Source: Schmidtea polychroa (taxonomy: Eukaryota). Taken from it: DNA of 60,000 nucleotides. Below, piece by piece: positions 1 through 12,500 of the stretch. The stretch lies in assembly GCA_044892525.1 (NCBI GenBank), contig CM097885.1, positions 19,594,001-19,654,000 of the forward strand, read 5' to 3'. Below the pieces are notes generated by a model that saw nothing but the letters and a program-made list of their open reading frames with translations, made no database searches and was not told the origin of the DNA. The position numbers were made by a program, and so were the translations under genes. Each line of letters starts with the position of its first letter. Positions within the stretch are counted from its first letter, which is position 1.

Positions 1-811
1 CGACTTACATCTTGTTTCTAGTAGATCTTTCATCAATCTCTATTCTTGAGTCCCTGTGCGCTCCGCGACTTCCCGTGGGGCTGATGTAGTGAGCCGTTAC
101 ACGGCCTTAACAATATCTATATACCTATTATACTATATTATATTATATTATATTATATATAAATGCGCGGTCACCAACGAATAAGGACCAAACAGAACAC
201 AAGTATAGTCAATCAAAAGTCGTGCGATCAGCTAATACTTCTACTTATCAATCAGGCTCTATTAATCAATCTCAGACGAGTAAAGCAAATTCGATGCCAT
301 GTTATCATTATCAAGATAAACTGTATTCGGCTCCCAATAGTTTTAGTGTTGGCTCTCATAGACCAACACCCTCATCCATTACAATTCGCGAAAGACGGAA
401 CAAATCCTAACAATAATATGAACCCGAAAAGATCTTTTTATCAAACCACCACACGTCTTTACAAATTCTGATCAAGGTGATAATGCAAAAAAGGATCAGA
501 ACGGCAAAGGATATACATTTCCTCAAATATTGTATGCGAATGAGAATGGTCAAAATGGTTCATGGACAAATCGGCAGGCTGTAAAATCTTTAGAAATAAT
601 CGGACTATATGAAATTATTATTTTTAGTTAACATTTTGTAAATGAGAAATGCCTGTTGAATATGTTTACCTGGTCTGATTATATTTTCATTTTTTATATA
701 GTTTCTATAATATATTTTTGTTTTACTTAAATAAGTGAAAATGGTAATTTAAATAAAAATTGTGTAAATCGAATTTATTATATAAATTGTCTGACTTTAA
801 ATTGAATTTAA

Positions 812-1231
812 TTGATTTTAAAATTATTTAAATTACTGATATTGTTAAATTTCATAACCTCGAACAAGGAGGAAGTATGTAAGGATATTAATTCATCTGA
901 TGATAGGTATTCACAAATCGTGTTATTGAATCACCTTCCATTTGGTCTTGTTAATAAAACTAATATCATACAAAAGATAATCATGCTAGATGAGTGGGAC
1001 GAATGTATTAAATATTGTTGTGACTACAAACAATGTGACGCGGTTTTGTTCAATACTACCCATTGTAAAATAATTCATTGCGAAAATCCATCATTATGTC
1101 AGCCAGAAAAAAAGAAAACTGAAGAATTATTTTGCGTTTTCTCGAATAATGGTCAAAGAAATGATTCTATTGCCAAATCACCAGAAAGGACTACGCCAAC
1201 CACAACAATATCTGAAACTTTAAAGAAATAG
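812..1231 (+). pseudogene. Cys-rich MANSC/MANEC-like secreted-protein fragment (no ATG; the ORF opens on TTG)
   Basis: Hydrophobic N-terminus, then a C..CC...C.....C..I.C.....C pattern (WDECIKYCCDYKQCDAVLFNTTHCKIIHCENPSLCQP) and a Thr-rich stalk. No start codon or downstream continuation found. Confidence 0.45.
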
Positions 1232-1709
1232 AGAATGGAATAAGATTGGAATAATATTGTTAAATTCCACAAGAAGACAATCATATGTTGTTTGAGTCAT
1301 ATTAGGTAATAAGCATTACACTGCTGCTGGATTGATTCCGTGTTCTCTAGTCTTTTCCAATATTCATAGTTGATATACGTAGTTCGTTCAATAATGCCTG
1401 GGACTGACTAAGGAAGAAATATGATAAACCAATCAAACCGATTTGTTTTAGCACCTACATATATGTTTGTTTATATGCATAAATTAAATAATCTGATGGA
1501 CTGACGTACGTACTCCATTTTTTGTCAAATGGATATATTGGAATACAGAAGTGTGATAAAATTCTATGTGCTTTTAAAGAAGTTATCTGATGAAATATTT
1601 CGTGATATGGCAACAAATGTCCTTCTAGATCCACAATATATCGTTTGATATCATTATTGTTCATGAAAGTGTGCACCGGCCAACTGAAATTTCCTATCAT
1701 AAATTACGC

Positions 1710-2370
1710 TATGTAAGGCGATTATTCGAGCTGAAAGACGAATTAAAGTGGGTGAAATAGCAGAATTACTTAAAATAAGTGTTGGTAGTTGTCACAATAT
1801 CATTGGGAAATTAGGCTATCCCAAATTATACTCATAATCTGTTTCTGTCTCTTGACATTAAGAAAATGCGCCTCAACAGCACGTTTTCAAATTTGCAACT
1901 GTTGAATCAGTATGGTGATGCATTTCTTAATAATATTGTTACTGAGACACTTCCTTTATACTTACCTGAAACCAAAAGGGAATCATCTGAATGGAAATAT
2001 GTAGAAGAGACACCTCCTCTAAAGATGGGAAGTGGCACCTCACATCGAAAACAACTGATGCTCTCAGTGTTTTGGGACAAAAATGCCGCCATTCACGTAG
2101 ATTTCTTGCTTAATGAACAAACAATAAATTGTAAATACTATGCCAAATTGGATGAGGAATGCCGTGCAAAGAAACCTGTACATGCAAGAAATGTTGCACG
2201 ATGTTCAACAGAAAAGAGTGGTTTTAGTCTTCTCCAATATCCACATTACAGCCCGAACCTTTCTCCGAGCAACTTTTTTGTTCAAACACCTGAAGAAAGC
2301 ATTACGTGGTCATCATTTTGAGACATCAGATGCACTCCACCAATTTGTTGAACAATGGCTTGCACAGCTT
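1710..2370 (+). mobile_element. Degenerate mariner (Tc1/mariner) transposase remnant
   Basis: Frameshifted pieces read RRIKVGEIAELLKISVGSCHNII (HTH), FLNNIVTE, PETKRESSEW, LMLSVFWD, HYSPNLSPS (YSPDL motif) and LFKHLKKALRGHHF. Confidence 0.9.
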
Positions 2371-2679
2371 CCTGGACTAGTATTTGATGTGCAGTTCAAT
2401 AAAAGTTGTTTCGGTTTTTTGTCTTGTGTTTCTTTCGTAGTTAGTTTGATGCATTATTGAACGAACTATGTAAATGAGTGTTTGTTTTGCATGTCTCGAA
2501 AGTCCGATATTTGCTGTTGCCATTTATTTTCATTTTTAACTTTAAAATTTACTTTAAAATTAACTTTAACATTTAAAAATATTTTTTATAAAAACGTCAA
2601 ACAATTATGAATTTTTTAATTTTTCTACAAAAACAATTATTCCTCCAGCGAGTATTATAAGTTTTATATTTTCCTTAAA

Positions 2680-2746
2680 AAAATTTGGTCGCGACGTTGT
2701 AAAAACATACCAATGGGGTGGCCAATACAAAAGTTGAGAACTACTG
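2680..2746. mobile_element. hAT (Charlie/Buster-like) terminus fragment
   Basis: Ends ...AAAAGTTGAGAACTACTG with GGTCGCGA subterminal sequence. No partner end identified. Confidence 0.5.
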
Positions 2747-3028
2747 ATACACCTAAATCCAGAATATATAAGTTTCTATAATCTAAAAAAAATCGATAAA
2801 ATTATATTATAGCAGCACACAAACTTACTTGTGTGCAAAGATTTAATGTTCCGAATGTTAAAAGTTTTATTATAGGAATTGAGAAAGTGACAGAAAAATA
2901 ATTTTACATACAAACACAGCACACATAATATAAAATACACGCAAATTTAATATAGCTTTTTTTATTCCGAAAGTAGAAAGTCATTAACATACTGTTAACA
3001 TATCATTAATTTAAAATTATTAAAATTC

Positions 3029-3501
3029 ATGGCTGAAAAAAATTTGGATTTTGAATCTGACAACTCAACTTTGAGTTTTCGAGAAATGGATGACAAAGCA
3101 TCGTAAGATCTATTTATAAAATATTTTTGAAGTTAATATTTCTTTAGATTTTCAGATATTTCCTTGGAGACACTTCCATTTTGCGAAGGTGTAATTCTGA
3201 CAATGTAAGAATTTTTTTATTTAATTACAAATAATTAAAATATTTTACAGCATATCAGATATTTCTAGTCAAACGCCTTTGTGTGAAGATATTCAACAAG
3301 TTTGGAATTGAAGAAAAAAATTCGAAAATCGTAAATTTTAATAACTTATTTTAGAAAAATAATATTTTCATAGAATTTCAGAAAATGACAAAATCCGTCT
3401 ACATCGTCAAAGAGGCAATTGAAAATGAGCTGGAGAAAGAAGATTACAAAAACTTAAAAAACAATTTTATCCATATACGCCTAAATGTCTTAAAAAAATA
3501 A
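3029..3501 (+). CDS. Small multi-exon gene or pseudogene of unknown function
   Basis: ATG at 3029 and three GT..AG introns of 43-46 nt (3103-3147, 3205-3250, 3331-3373). Exons 2 and 3 resemble each other (FSDISLETLPFCE / ISDISSQTPLCE). The simplest splice gives a stop in exon 3. Confidence 0.35.
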
Positions 3502-4224
3502 ATGTGTTTGGTGATTATTTTATTTCTTTTTAGTTAAAAATATATCTAACTTACATTTTATTGAAATAATTCCAAATTCATAACATGTCATAAAATACCT
3601 AAAAAAACACCTGAAATTTAATTATCAATATATTATAAATGCTGATTACAAGTAATATTTAAGAGCTTGAATAATGATCTCATAATTATATAAAATCAAA
3701 ATTCAAGCCTTAAAATATACTTAAATTTAAAAAACTTACTTCTAAAACCATAAATAAAATTGAATTGAAAATGAAAAAATGAAATAAACATTCTAATAAA
3801 TGGTGAGTCATCGATTGATGAACACACCAACATGTATTATAGAGACTTTTAACGTGTGGAATTAGGTATAGAAATCAATGAAACATTAAGTCAGACAAAA
3901 CGATGGCATGTAAGACAGACTGAGAGAAAACTAATAAAAACTAACAAAATTTGCCAGAGATACTTCTAATACAAACCCTATGTTAACTGAATAAAATATT
4001 TCAAAATTGAATGATTATTCGTTAAAAAAATACAACCTAATTTTGGATAAATCAACATGTGTTAACATGCAAAATTTAATGTATAATGTGTATCAAATTT
4101 TCGTGTCGTGATCGTCACTACATCTAAGAATAATGGACAAAATCAATTGAAATCGAACGTAATTCAACTGCCATTTATAAATTCATAAATTTGAACGATT
4201 CCTTGTTTTAAAAAACTAAATTAT

Positions 4225-5181
4225 TCTTGGGTTATCGGGTTGGTGAAACTGTGTATATTCAAACTTTTACTCTGACTCCAAAGCGTGTTTATTAATTCAC
4301 AATTCAACACTCTCGAACACAATTATTATAAGCTTATTATAAGCTTTATTAATATCCACACGGAATTGTACAAATTTCAATTACAACTAATTAACTATAA
4401 ACCAATTTATCACACAGAGTTTATTTCGACACTAGGATACGTTGATCAATTGTTCTATTTGCTTTGATCACGCAATTTATTTACTCCACTTTTACTTTAT
4501 ATTCAATTTTATAAAAGATTCTCGTCACTTCTCTTTTCACTCTGTTTTGATTCTACTTTTTAACTCTTTTCGTCTCTAATTCTGCTCTACTTTTTGACTC
4601 TAATTTCGTTTCGTTTTGTTCTTACTTTCATTCTGTTTTTGTTTTACTTTTTGTTCTACTTTTGTTCCACTTTTGTTCTACTTTTGTTCTACTTTTGTTC
4701 TACTTTTGTTCTACTTTTGTTCTGATTTCTCGTCCGCCAGCTTTCCTTTATATAGTTATTTTGTTTATGGCACTGGCGACAGATTTTGTTTTCCTATTTC
4801 CATTTTCTTCTGCGTTCCCCGCTATGTCAGTCTTATCTCTGACAGATGTCGAGATATTTTTCCTTTTCCCTTTTTGTTTGACCGCCTTCTTCCAGCAATT
4901 ACGTTATCACTGGCAGGCTATTGAGATAAGGATATTTTTGTTTTCCTTTTTTCCTGATTTCAAAATTCCTTTTCCTTTTTGTACTAATTAATTAGTACTG
5001 ACCTTGGTTTTTATTTTCATGTTTGATTCCTTTTATTTCCTTTATCTTTCTCATTTTTAATTTCTTTTTACTTCCGTTTTCTTTTCTGAGTTCCCATAGA
5101 TCGTCCCGTTTGTCATGGTGATCTTCCGCCAGGTAATTTTATTTATTTATTTATAAATTGTTTATTTAGGTATCCTCAACA
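4225..5181 (-). mobile_element. Solo LTR (Gypsy-type), reverse orientation
   Basis: Ends TCTTGGG (mutated TGTTGGG)...CCTCAACA with 4-bp TSD TTAT (4221-4224 / 5182-5185). Shares the CTGACTCC..GTGT motif with the LTRs at 10029 and 13519. Internal 12-bp TTTTGTTCTACT repeat at about 4650-4722. Confidence 0.75.
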
Positions 5182-5713
5182 TTATTTTACAAATATACAA
5201 TTAAAAATAAAAAATTTCAATTTTTGAAATTGATGTTTTAATATGAGGATTTTAGAGTATTCGAGTACTCCAGAGTTTATTTCGGAATAATGAATTCGTT
5301 TTGGGAAAGAGAACTGTTTAACGACCCATTTCCGTTTCTGGATTTATTTAAAGTTTGAAATAAAGCGGAAACATTCAATTATTCAAACTCAAACGAATCT
5401 TAACAGAAATCTGATTAAAAATTTAATACAAATTCAAAATAAATTTAGGAAATTACCTACGACTTTGAATTCCGAGTGAATCCAGGGTAATTGGCTAGTT
5501 TTGAATAAAATTCTTAACTTTTTCATCAATGAGTGTTTCAATTCCCCCCCCAGATTTTGTTAAGAAAATCAGGTTAATTTAATTACACTAATCAAAAATT
5601 AATCTCTTGCTTTTCAAAACAATTTAATGCTCAATGTTTAATGATGAGATAAACTATTTTTTATTTAATTAAATAATTTATATTTTTTATTTGAAACTTT
5701 CTAGAAAACCATC

Positions 5714-6297
5714 AATTTAAATTAATTTTCATGAGTTTTTTATTCTAAAAATTTAATTTATTAATTTTTTATTTAATTTGCTAACGAAATTATTACTTAC
5801 AAAAAATAATTCAATAAAAATAACTTTAAAAATAGATAAATTTTTTGATTTTTTTTAATCAAATCAATTTTGATTTGTTAAAAAACACTTGACAAAAACT
5901 GTACCGAAAATTCGTGTATAATTTGTAATTATTAAATTCATTTTGTATAGTCTAATTAGTAGATAGATAGGGCACCGCTAAATCAGGACTCCACTGGATC
6001 ACATACCCCCTTCCCCCTCCCGCCCTAGGGGAAATTTTTTAAATTCTTTTCAAGGTCAAATTTTTTAATGTAATTTAAATTAATTTTCATGAAATTTTTA
6101 TTCTAAAAATTTAATTTATTAATTTTTATTTAATTTGCTAACGAAATTATTACTTACAAAAAATAATTCAATAAAAATAACTTTAAAAATAGATAAATTT
6201 TTTGATTTCTTTTTAATCAAATCAATTTTGATTTGTTAAAAAACACTTGACAAAAACTGTACCGAAAATTCGTATATAATTTGTAATTATTAAATTC
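5714..6297 (+). repeat. ~225-bp direct duplication (5714-5939 and 6072-6297) separated by a Maverick-like terminus
   Basis: Two near-identical AT-rich copies. Between them, 5958-6070 begins AGTAGATAGATAGGGCACCGCT, followed by a C-tract and TCAAGGTCAAATTT, as in the end at 26576. Confidence 0.85.
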
Positions 6298-7229
6298 TAA
6301 TTAAGATGAAAAAAAATTAAATTAAATATTGATTTTATAAAAATATCATTTCTAATTTTTATAAACTTTTCGTATGAATCCAAGAAAAGATAGATAATTA
6401 TTTATTTTTAAATTTAGTTGTTTTATATATGTGGCAAATAGTGCCCTGAGCCTCGGACTGATGGAATTATGTTTTTGATAATTAATTTTGTGAGATCCGT
6501 TATTTTGATGGGGTCACCTACCGTCTATTCGTAACATTGAAGATCATAGAAAGATAACTGTTATTAGCTTATTTATATTGCACTCTTGGATTTATTTTGC
6601 GGATCACTTGCAATGCATGGATTTTACGGAATCTCGGGGTATTGAAATATAAAAACTCTTCCTTCAATTCTTTTGCTACTACAAATCTTTTTATAATGAA
6701 GTTTCTCAAAAGAATAACTCTGAGATGAGCGGTATCTGAGGAGAAAGTACCTTTTTAATTAGGATAATTTTCTTTAATGATTTTATGAAATCTTTTTCCC
6801 TAGTTTGAATTAAATCTTCGTTTCTTAACGTTTGTACACATATTTGTTATGCATATACCCTTTTATTTTCCTTCAAACCTTCAAATAATTTACGTTTAGT
6901 TGTTGATATGATAAACCTTTGAATGAAAAGAAACTAAAACTGGTTACAAAAATAAAGTTCTATTCCTACATTGAATAAGCTACGTATGCAAATACGTATG
7001 TAACCCATATTCACTGGGAAACTATTATTACTTTCTCCCCGATAAAAACAAACTGAACATAAGAACGGCAAGTAAAAGAATATTTATTTTATGAATTGAT
7101 AGAAAAAGAAATTTCATTTGTGAAGAGGTACATAGCTTCAAATCGTCCTAGTAAAAATTGCATGCAACCACAGGAAATTCTTTTCGGCGAAATTGAGTTT
7201 GATCTCAAGATAAACAACGCGTTCAGTTA

Positions 7230-9161
7230 TTATATTTTTTCCGTTATTTTTTTGGACCAAACTTTCTTCCGATCAGTTTGCAGTTGACAATTGTTGATCA
7301 ATGTCAACGCTACCTGCCATTTGATCCGATATTTTTTCTTCATTTCATTTTTGTTTTCAAGATTCATATCAAATTTGATCGGGGTATCTTTTGTCCTCGT
7401 ATGATTTTCTATCAAAATATCAACAAAGCATTTCATGATAGGATTTTGATGGTACTGAAGGGTATAGAGGAACCCAATATAGCTCATGTATCCACTGTCT
7501 AGCCTTTGCAAATAGATTGGCAAAGCATTAAAGTCGATTCTAGGGAAACAAAACACAAAGTTAAACATCCAAATAATCATTCGCTTTATTGAATTGAAAA
7601 ATCCCATCATCACATTCAGAAAGAAGGCACAATGTGCAAAAATCATGAATGCTCTTCGGTTGTTGATTTCCATTAGGGTTCCTCTTTCTTTTACAAATAC
7701 AAATCTAACCAAAAGACTTTGAACAACCATCAAAACAATTGACCCTACTATAACTGGTAACGATTGTAAAAATAACTTTCTGATCCAAGAGTTTTCCAAA
7801 AATATCAAAGGCAGTAAGATGATGCCAATAGTTAAAAATAAAAGGAGAAACATAAAGATTATAACAACACTTATCCCCCACAATATGTAGGCAGCTTGAT
7901 AGCCGCTATACCTTACAAAGCCGATAACCAATCCAGCACTATCTGGAGCCTTTCTCAGTGCAATAATTGATGAAAATCCTTGTTTGCTAATTTTCTGAAA
8001 ATGGAGGCGATAATTCCTCAAAATCAAAAATGATTGAATGACGGAGTTGAGAAGTCCTATTATTATGGCAGCAATCAAACAACCGAGGACAAGATTCGTA
8101 TAAAACAATGTTAAATATTTAAAGGCGTTTATTATCTTGACCTTGGAATATCGAGAATAATTTCCCGAGGCGATTTGGAACGCTGATTTCATAGTTGTAT
8201 TAGTATGTGATATCTTTTTATTTATCAAATAAATAATATTCCAACCTTGGGGGGTAAGGTCAATGATTTGATCCATGAAGATTCGATATGCAAAATAAAT
8301 TCCTACGGATATCCCGATTGCTAGCAAAGGAGGAATCCTGAATCCGGTTATCTTCACATAAATTCTTCGATTGTTTATTATTTTTTCTCTGAATGTTTTC
8401 TTATTTTTTTCTTCTTTCTTCTTTTTTCCAATTAATAATTCTCTAACATATTGCTTACTGCTATTATCAAAACTATTCTTCAACTCAGGGTTTTCACTGT
8501 TGGTCAGTCCATTCATTTTTATATGTTTAATTATTTTCCATAGAAATATCATAATTATTATCGAGTCCATTATTGTGCAAATTGTGTAAATTATCAATTT
8601 CGGAATAATTACCGTGCCCTGGACACATAATATATTAGAAAGGTTATTAAGAATCCCATAAACCAAGAACCCAATAGAATAAAAGAATCCAACAGTATAC
8701 CCTATCAAATGCTTGCAACCAATGCTCGCAAATAATGGATAAGACAATATCGAACAATAAATAACAAAAATTATTTTCAACGTCAATTTTTCAATTGGTG
8801 ACAAATGCGCAAATTTGTCCGATCCAATTATAAATTGATAAATATTTTCAGATAATGATAAAAAGACTACAATATATTCGTGAATATTGTCATTGCTAGA
8901 TATCATGTCCATCGGTATTGCCAAGCCGGGTCTACCATCATAGTTATTAACATAAAATGATACTCGTTTCGTACAGAACGCCAATACCAAGATAGACAAT
9001 ACTAATAGAGAAATAGGTCCAATTTCATAGATGTCACCCTTTTGAATGATGTTTGTACAATTCCTTTTATTCGTTTCGCCATCAAAAGAATGTAAAATTA
9101 TTTTTAGAGTTTCTTCAATTCCCAGCTTTATGTAATTGATAACCTGGAAAAGGTCTGCCAT
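7230..9161 (-). CDS. STRA6-like: STRA6/STRA6-like (RBP-receptor family) multi-pass membrane protein, paralogue 1, 643 aa, intronless
   Basis: Motifs GRPGLAIP, YSGYQAAYILWG, NNRRAF, FFLNVMMG, RID, DSGYMSYIG..HQNP and KWQVALTLINN.QLQ..RK. About 9 hydrophobic segments. Confidence 0.88.
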   Translation of the reverse strand: MADLFQVINYIKLGIEETLKIILHSFDGETNKRNCTNIIQKGDIYEIGPISLLVLSILVLAFCTKRVSFYVNNYDGRPGLAIPMDMISSNDNIHEYIVVFLSLSENIYQFIIGSDKFAHLSPIEKLTLKIIFVIYCSILSYPLFASIGCKHLIGYTVGFFYSIGFLVYGILNNLSNILCVQGTVIIPKLIIYTICTIMDSIIIMIFLWKIIKHIKMNGLTNSENPELKNSFDNSSKQYVRELLIGKKKKEEKNKKTFREKIINNRRIYVKITGFRIPPLLAIGISVGIYFAYRIFMDQIIDLTPQGWNIIYLINKKISHTNTTMKSAFQIASGNYSRYSKVKIINAFKYLTLFYTNLVLGCLIAAIIIGLLNSVIQSFLILRNYRLHFQKISKQGFSSIIALRKAPDSAGLVIGFVRYSGYQAAYILWGISVVIIFMFLLLFLTIGIILLPLIFLENSWIRKLFLQSLPVIVGSIVLMVVQSLLVRFVFVKERGTLMEINNRRAFMIFAHCAFFLNVMMGFFNSIKRMIIWMFNFVFCFPRIDFNALPIYLQRLDSGYMSYIGFLYTLQYHQNPIMKCFVDILIENHTRTKDTPIKFDMNLENKNEMKKKYRIKWQVALTLINNCQLQTDRKKVWSKKITEKI

Positions 9162-9565
9162 TGAATCAAATGTGAAATTTTCAAATGTAAGAATAAATAA
9201 AATATATAAATAAACCCTTTAGTAAAACGAATATAAATGCATAAATCGTATATCAGCGTCTGTACGAAGTTCACTCCTGATACTAAATATTTCGCTTGAT
9301 AAGGCGAGATATTGACGAGAATTGTTGTGATGTTCGAAATATTCATAAACTGAATTTGACGAAAAAACAGAAAATGATAATTATAAATAATAATTATAAG
9401 GTAGCCGCATTATTATCACGTATATTTATTATTTCTAAATACAAATAAATTAAAGTTAACAGAGTTTTCATTTTCTTCTAAGCAAATTATTTATTATTTC
9501 AACTTAGATTCAACCTCAACCCTTTTCACATCAACAAACAACATAAACCATCAAAGCAAAAACAA

Positions 9566-12500
9566 ATGTCATCAAACCAAACAACACCAACCAATATTTC
9601 CCAAACACCCAACAATAACGAAAACACTCACATAATGAAAAACATAAACTATTTTAATATCTCAAACACCAACACAGATACCACACACACACACTATAAA
9701 CTCCGTAATCAACCCAAGAACAAATATCTCCAACTACTTTACCGACGAAATCGGAACACCCACAAAAATGGTTAGAATTTGCCAAACTAACCATAACTCT
9801 ATCCGGAATACAGTCAACAAAGACTTTATGTTCAACCATAATTGCCATAATCAATCCTAGCAAAAAGCTAAAGAAAGCGCGGATAAAATCGATCAAAAAA
9901 ATCTCTGCAACATCCTAACAAACAGGAACAAAATCAACAGGAGGCAAATGCTAGAATCATGTCGACAACAAACCCATAGATTTCCTACGACAACTGAAAC
10001 AAAAACTCGAATATCTACAAAGAAATATTGTTGAGGTCCGTAAATTGAAATAAATTTAAATGAAATTTAGGTTAATAATTTAAATAAAAAGTAAGTGAAG
10101 AAAAAAGACAAATAAAAGCGTGATCATGCACAGAATCGATAGTAAAGGAAAGTGTGATGGAAGCAGTATTAGAAAATGCCAAAAGCAATTACGAAAGGCA
10201 AGAATCCGGAAATACGAGAAAAATCAATAAATGGTAAAATCATCGAAATCGAATGGGGAAAACGGGACAGGTATAGAGTAGCTAATGGTCAAAAAGATGA
10301 TGATTAGGGATTTATCAGAAAATTGTTAGGAAGGGTCGAAAAGCATTCAAATGTGTAAAAACAGAAAATGTTAATTAATTAATTAATTGGCTAATAGAAA
10401 ACCCGAGCTAATGGGAAATCCGAGCCAATGGAGAACCCGAGAGATGAAGGAAACCCGAGCTGGGTAAACAAGAAGAAAAGTAAACAGAAGGAAGATTTGG
10501 GTCAATTAGCATGACACAATGATTAATTGGAAAAGAGCAAGGAGAAGATAGTGCGTGTAGAAAGGCCGGACGGGCCATTAATTATCTTGGTTTGTTGGAC
10601 CATTATGGGTGACAGCCAAAGCAGATACGTGGAAGCAAATGTCAAGTGAAAGATTGGCTCGGCAATAACCATTTTTCATCCCGATTTCGAGGAGTATATA
10701 AGGAAAGGGAAAATCAGAGCAAATCGGCATTTTGCCTCAGGTAGGGTAAGAAGAAACCGAGCTTAGGAAAAGGCGAAAACGAATCTAGGAGATTAGGGAA
10801 AAAGAAGAAATAGAATAAGAATAAAAAGCGTGAAAAAGATCAGATCAAACAGAAAAATAGGAAAACGTTGGTCAAGAGAACCTAAGAAAATTAAAGGTGA
10901 ATATTATCTTTATCAAAGCATCAACACCGAGCGGAGAATCGGTCAAACGTAATTTTGATTATTAATTGTAAAGTGGTGAGAAAAGATTGTGAATTTGTTA
11001 TTTCAATATACGTTGGGTCGTTATTGTTTTGATTTAAAGGACACAAGGAGTCAGAGGAAACCGACTTAAATTAACCAAAACCCAACAATATCACAAACTC
11101 AGGATCAAATGAACTGGTGAAAGAATTCTTCATGTGAGCAATGTCACCAGAAATCAAAAGGATTCTAGCAGTCAGCAGCAACGCTGATGTAGAAACTCTG
11201 GCGGACATAGCGGATAAAATCAATGAAGAAATTTATCCGACAATTTGTAAATAAAATATGAAAACCGTAAACCCTGCGAATACCATAAAACAGAGCAGGA
11301 AAACTACAAACGTCACCATTGATAGCACCCACATTTGCTGATAAAAGTAAATACTTTCATGATGCATTCAAACAATACCGATTTTTAATCGACACTGATT
11401 CCGTAATATCACTATTACCACAACACCAGCACAAAAACTCGAAAAACACAGAAAAATCTCGGACAACAGCCAACGGCACCAGTATAAAAATATTAAGCCA
11501 ACAAACACTTTCTTTAACAATTAATTCGAAAACGTACAACTAGCCATTCACAATAGCTGAAGTTCAACAATCAATAATCGAAGCCGATTTCTTGTCACAT
11601 TACAACATATTTGTAGACTGCCGAAATAAGAAATTAATTACACAACAAACAAAGAAACAGCCAAGACTACAGCAACAACCAATTCGAAAGTAGATATTGG
11701 CATGATTCAAATGAGCACGACAAACACTAAAACAACCAATACAATCGAACATGGTCCAGAGATAACCGCATTACTAAACAAATTCGACAAACTCAGTGAA
11801 CCAGTAACTTTCGACGACAAAGTGGAACACTCTACTGAACATGCAATCATAACCAATGGTAATGAAGTGCATGCAAAGGTCAGACAACTAGATCCACAAA
11901 AAACAAACATTACAAAAGAAAATTTTCAAAGGTTACTAGAAAATAAAATAGTAACACACTCAAACTCAGACTGGTCCTGAGCACTTATGCTCAAACAAAA
12001 GACAAACGTTGAATGGAGAACCTGTGGAGATTATAGAATGCTCAACAAAATCACTGAACCAGACAATTACATAATGCCAATCATAAGAGACATAATTAAT
12101 AGATTAAAAGCCGCCAAAGTCTTCTCAAAAATAGACCTACAAAATACTTATCATCACATTCAATCAGAAAAGAAGATATTAAAAAACAATCGTTACACCA
12201 ATCGGCATGTTCAAATACAACAGAATGTTATTTGGTTTGAGAAATGTAGCCCCAAAATTTCAACTCTTCATGGACCAAACTCTGACAAAAATTAAGAACA
12301 CAATAGCATATATGGACGACATACTGATAGCTAGTCTAAACAAATCTATCCATTTAAGAGATATTGAAAAGACATTCGAAACATTGAACGCAGCAAACCT
12401 GAAAATCAATATCCAGAAATGCGAATATTAAAAAAATGAAATAAACTTTCATGAGCATACTCTGGACGAAAAAGGCACAAAGCCGATCAAAAAAAAATAA

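Noticed and set aside
1..112. Possible LTR 3' end (…GGCCTTAACA)
   Set aside because: Truncated by the window edge, so no partner end or TSD can be checked.
4616..4991. Hydrophobic F/L/C-rich ORFs
   Set aside because: They derive from a 12-bp tandem repeat within a solo LTR.
7278..8589. Short antisense or alternate-frame ORFs over the STRA6-like and hAT genes (also 22196-23338, 41620-41811, 49559-51350, 59602-59817)
   Set aside because: They are shadows of real CDSs, and their recurrence is explained by paralogue identity.
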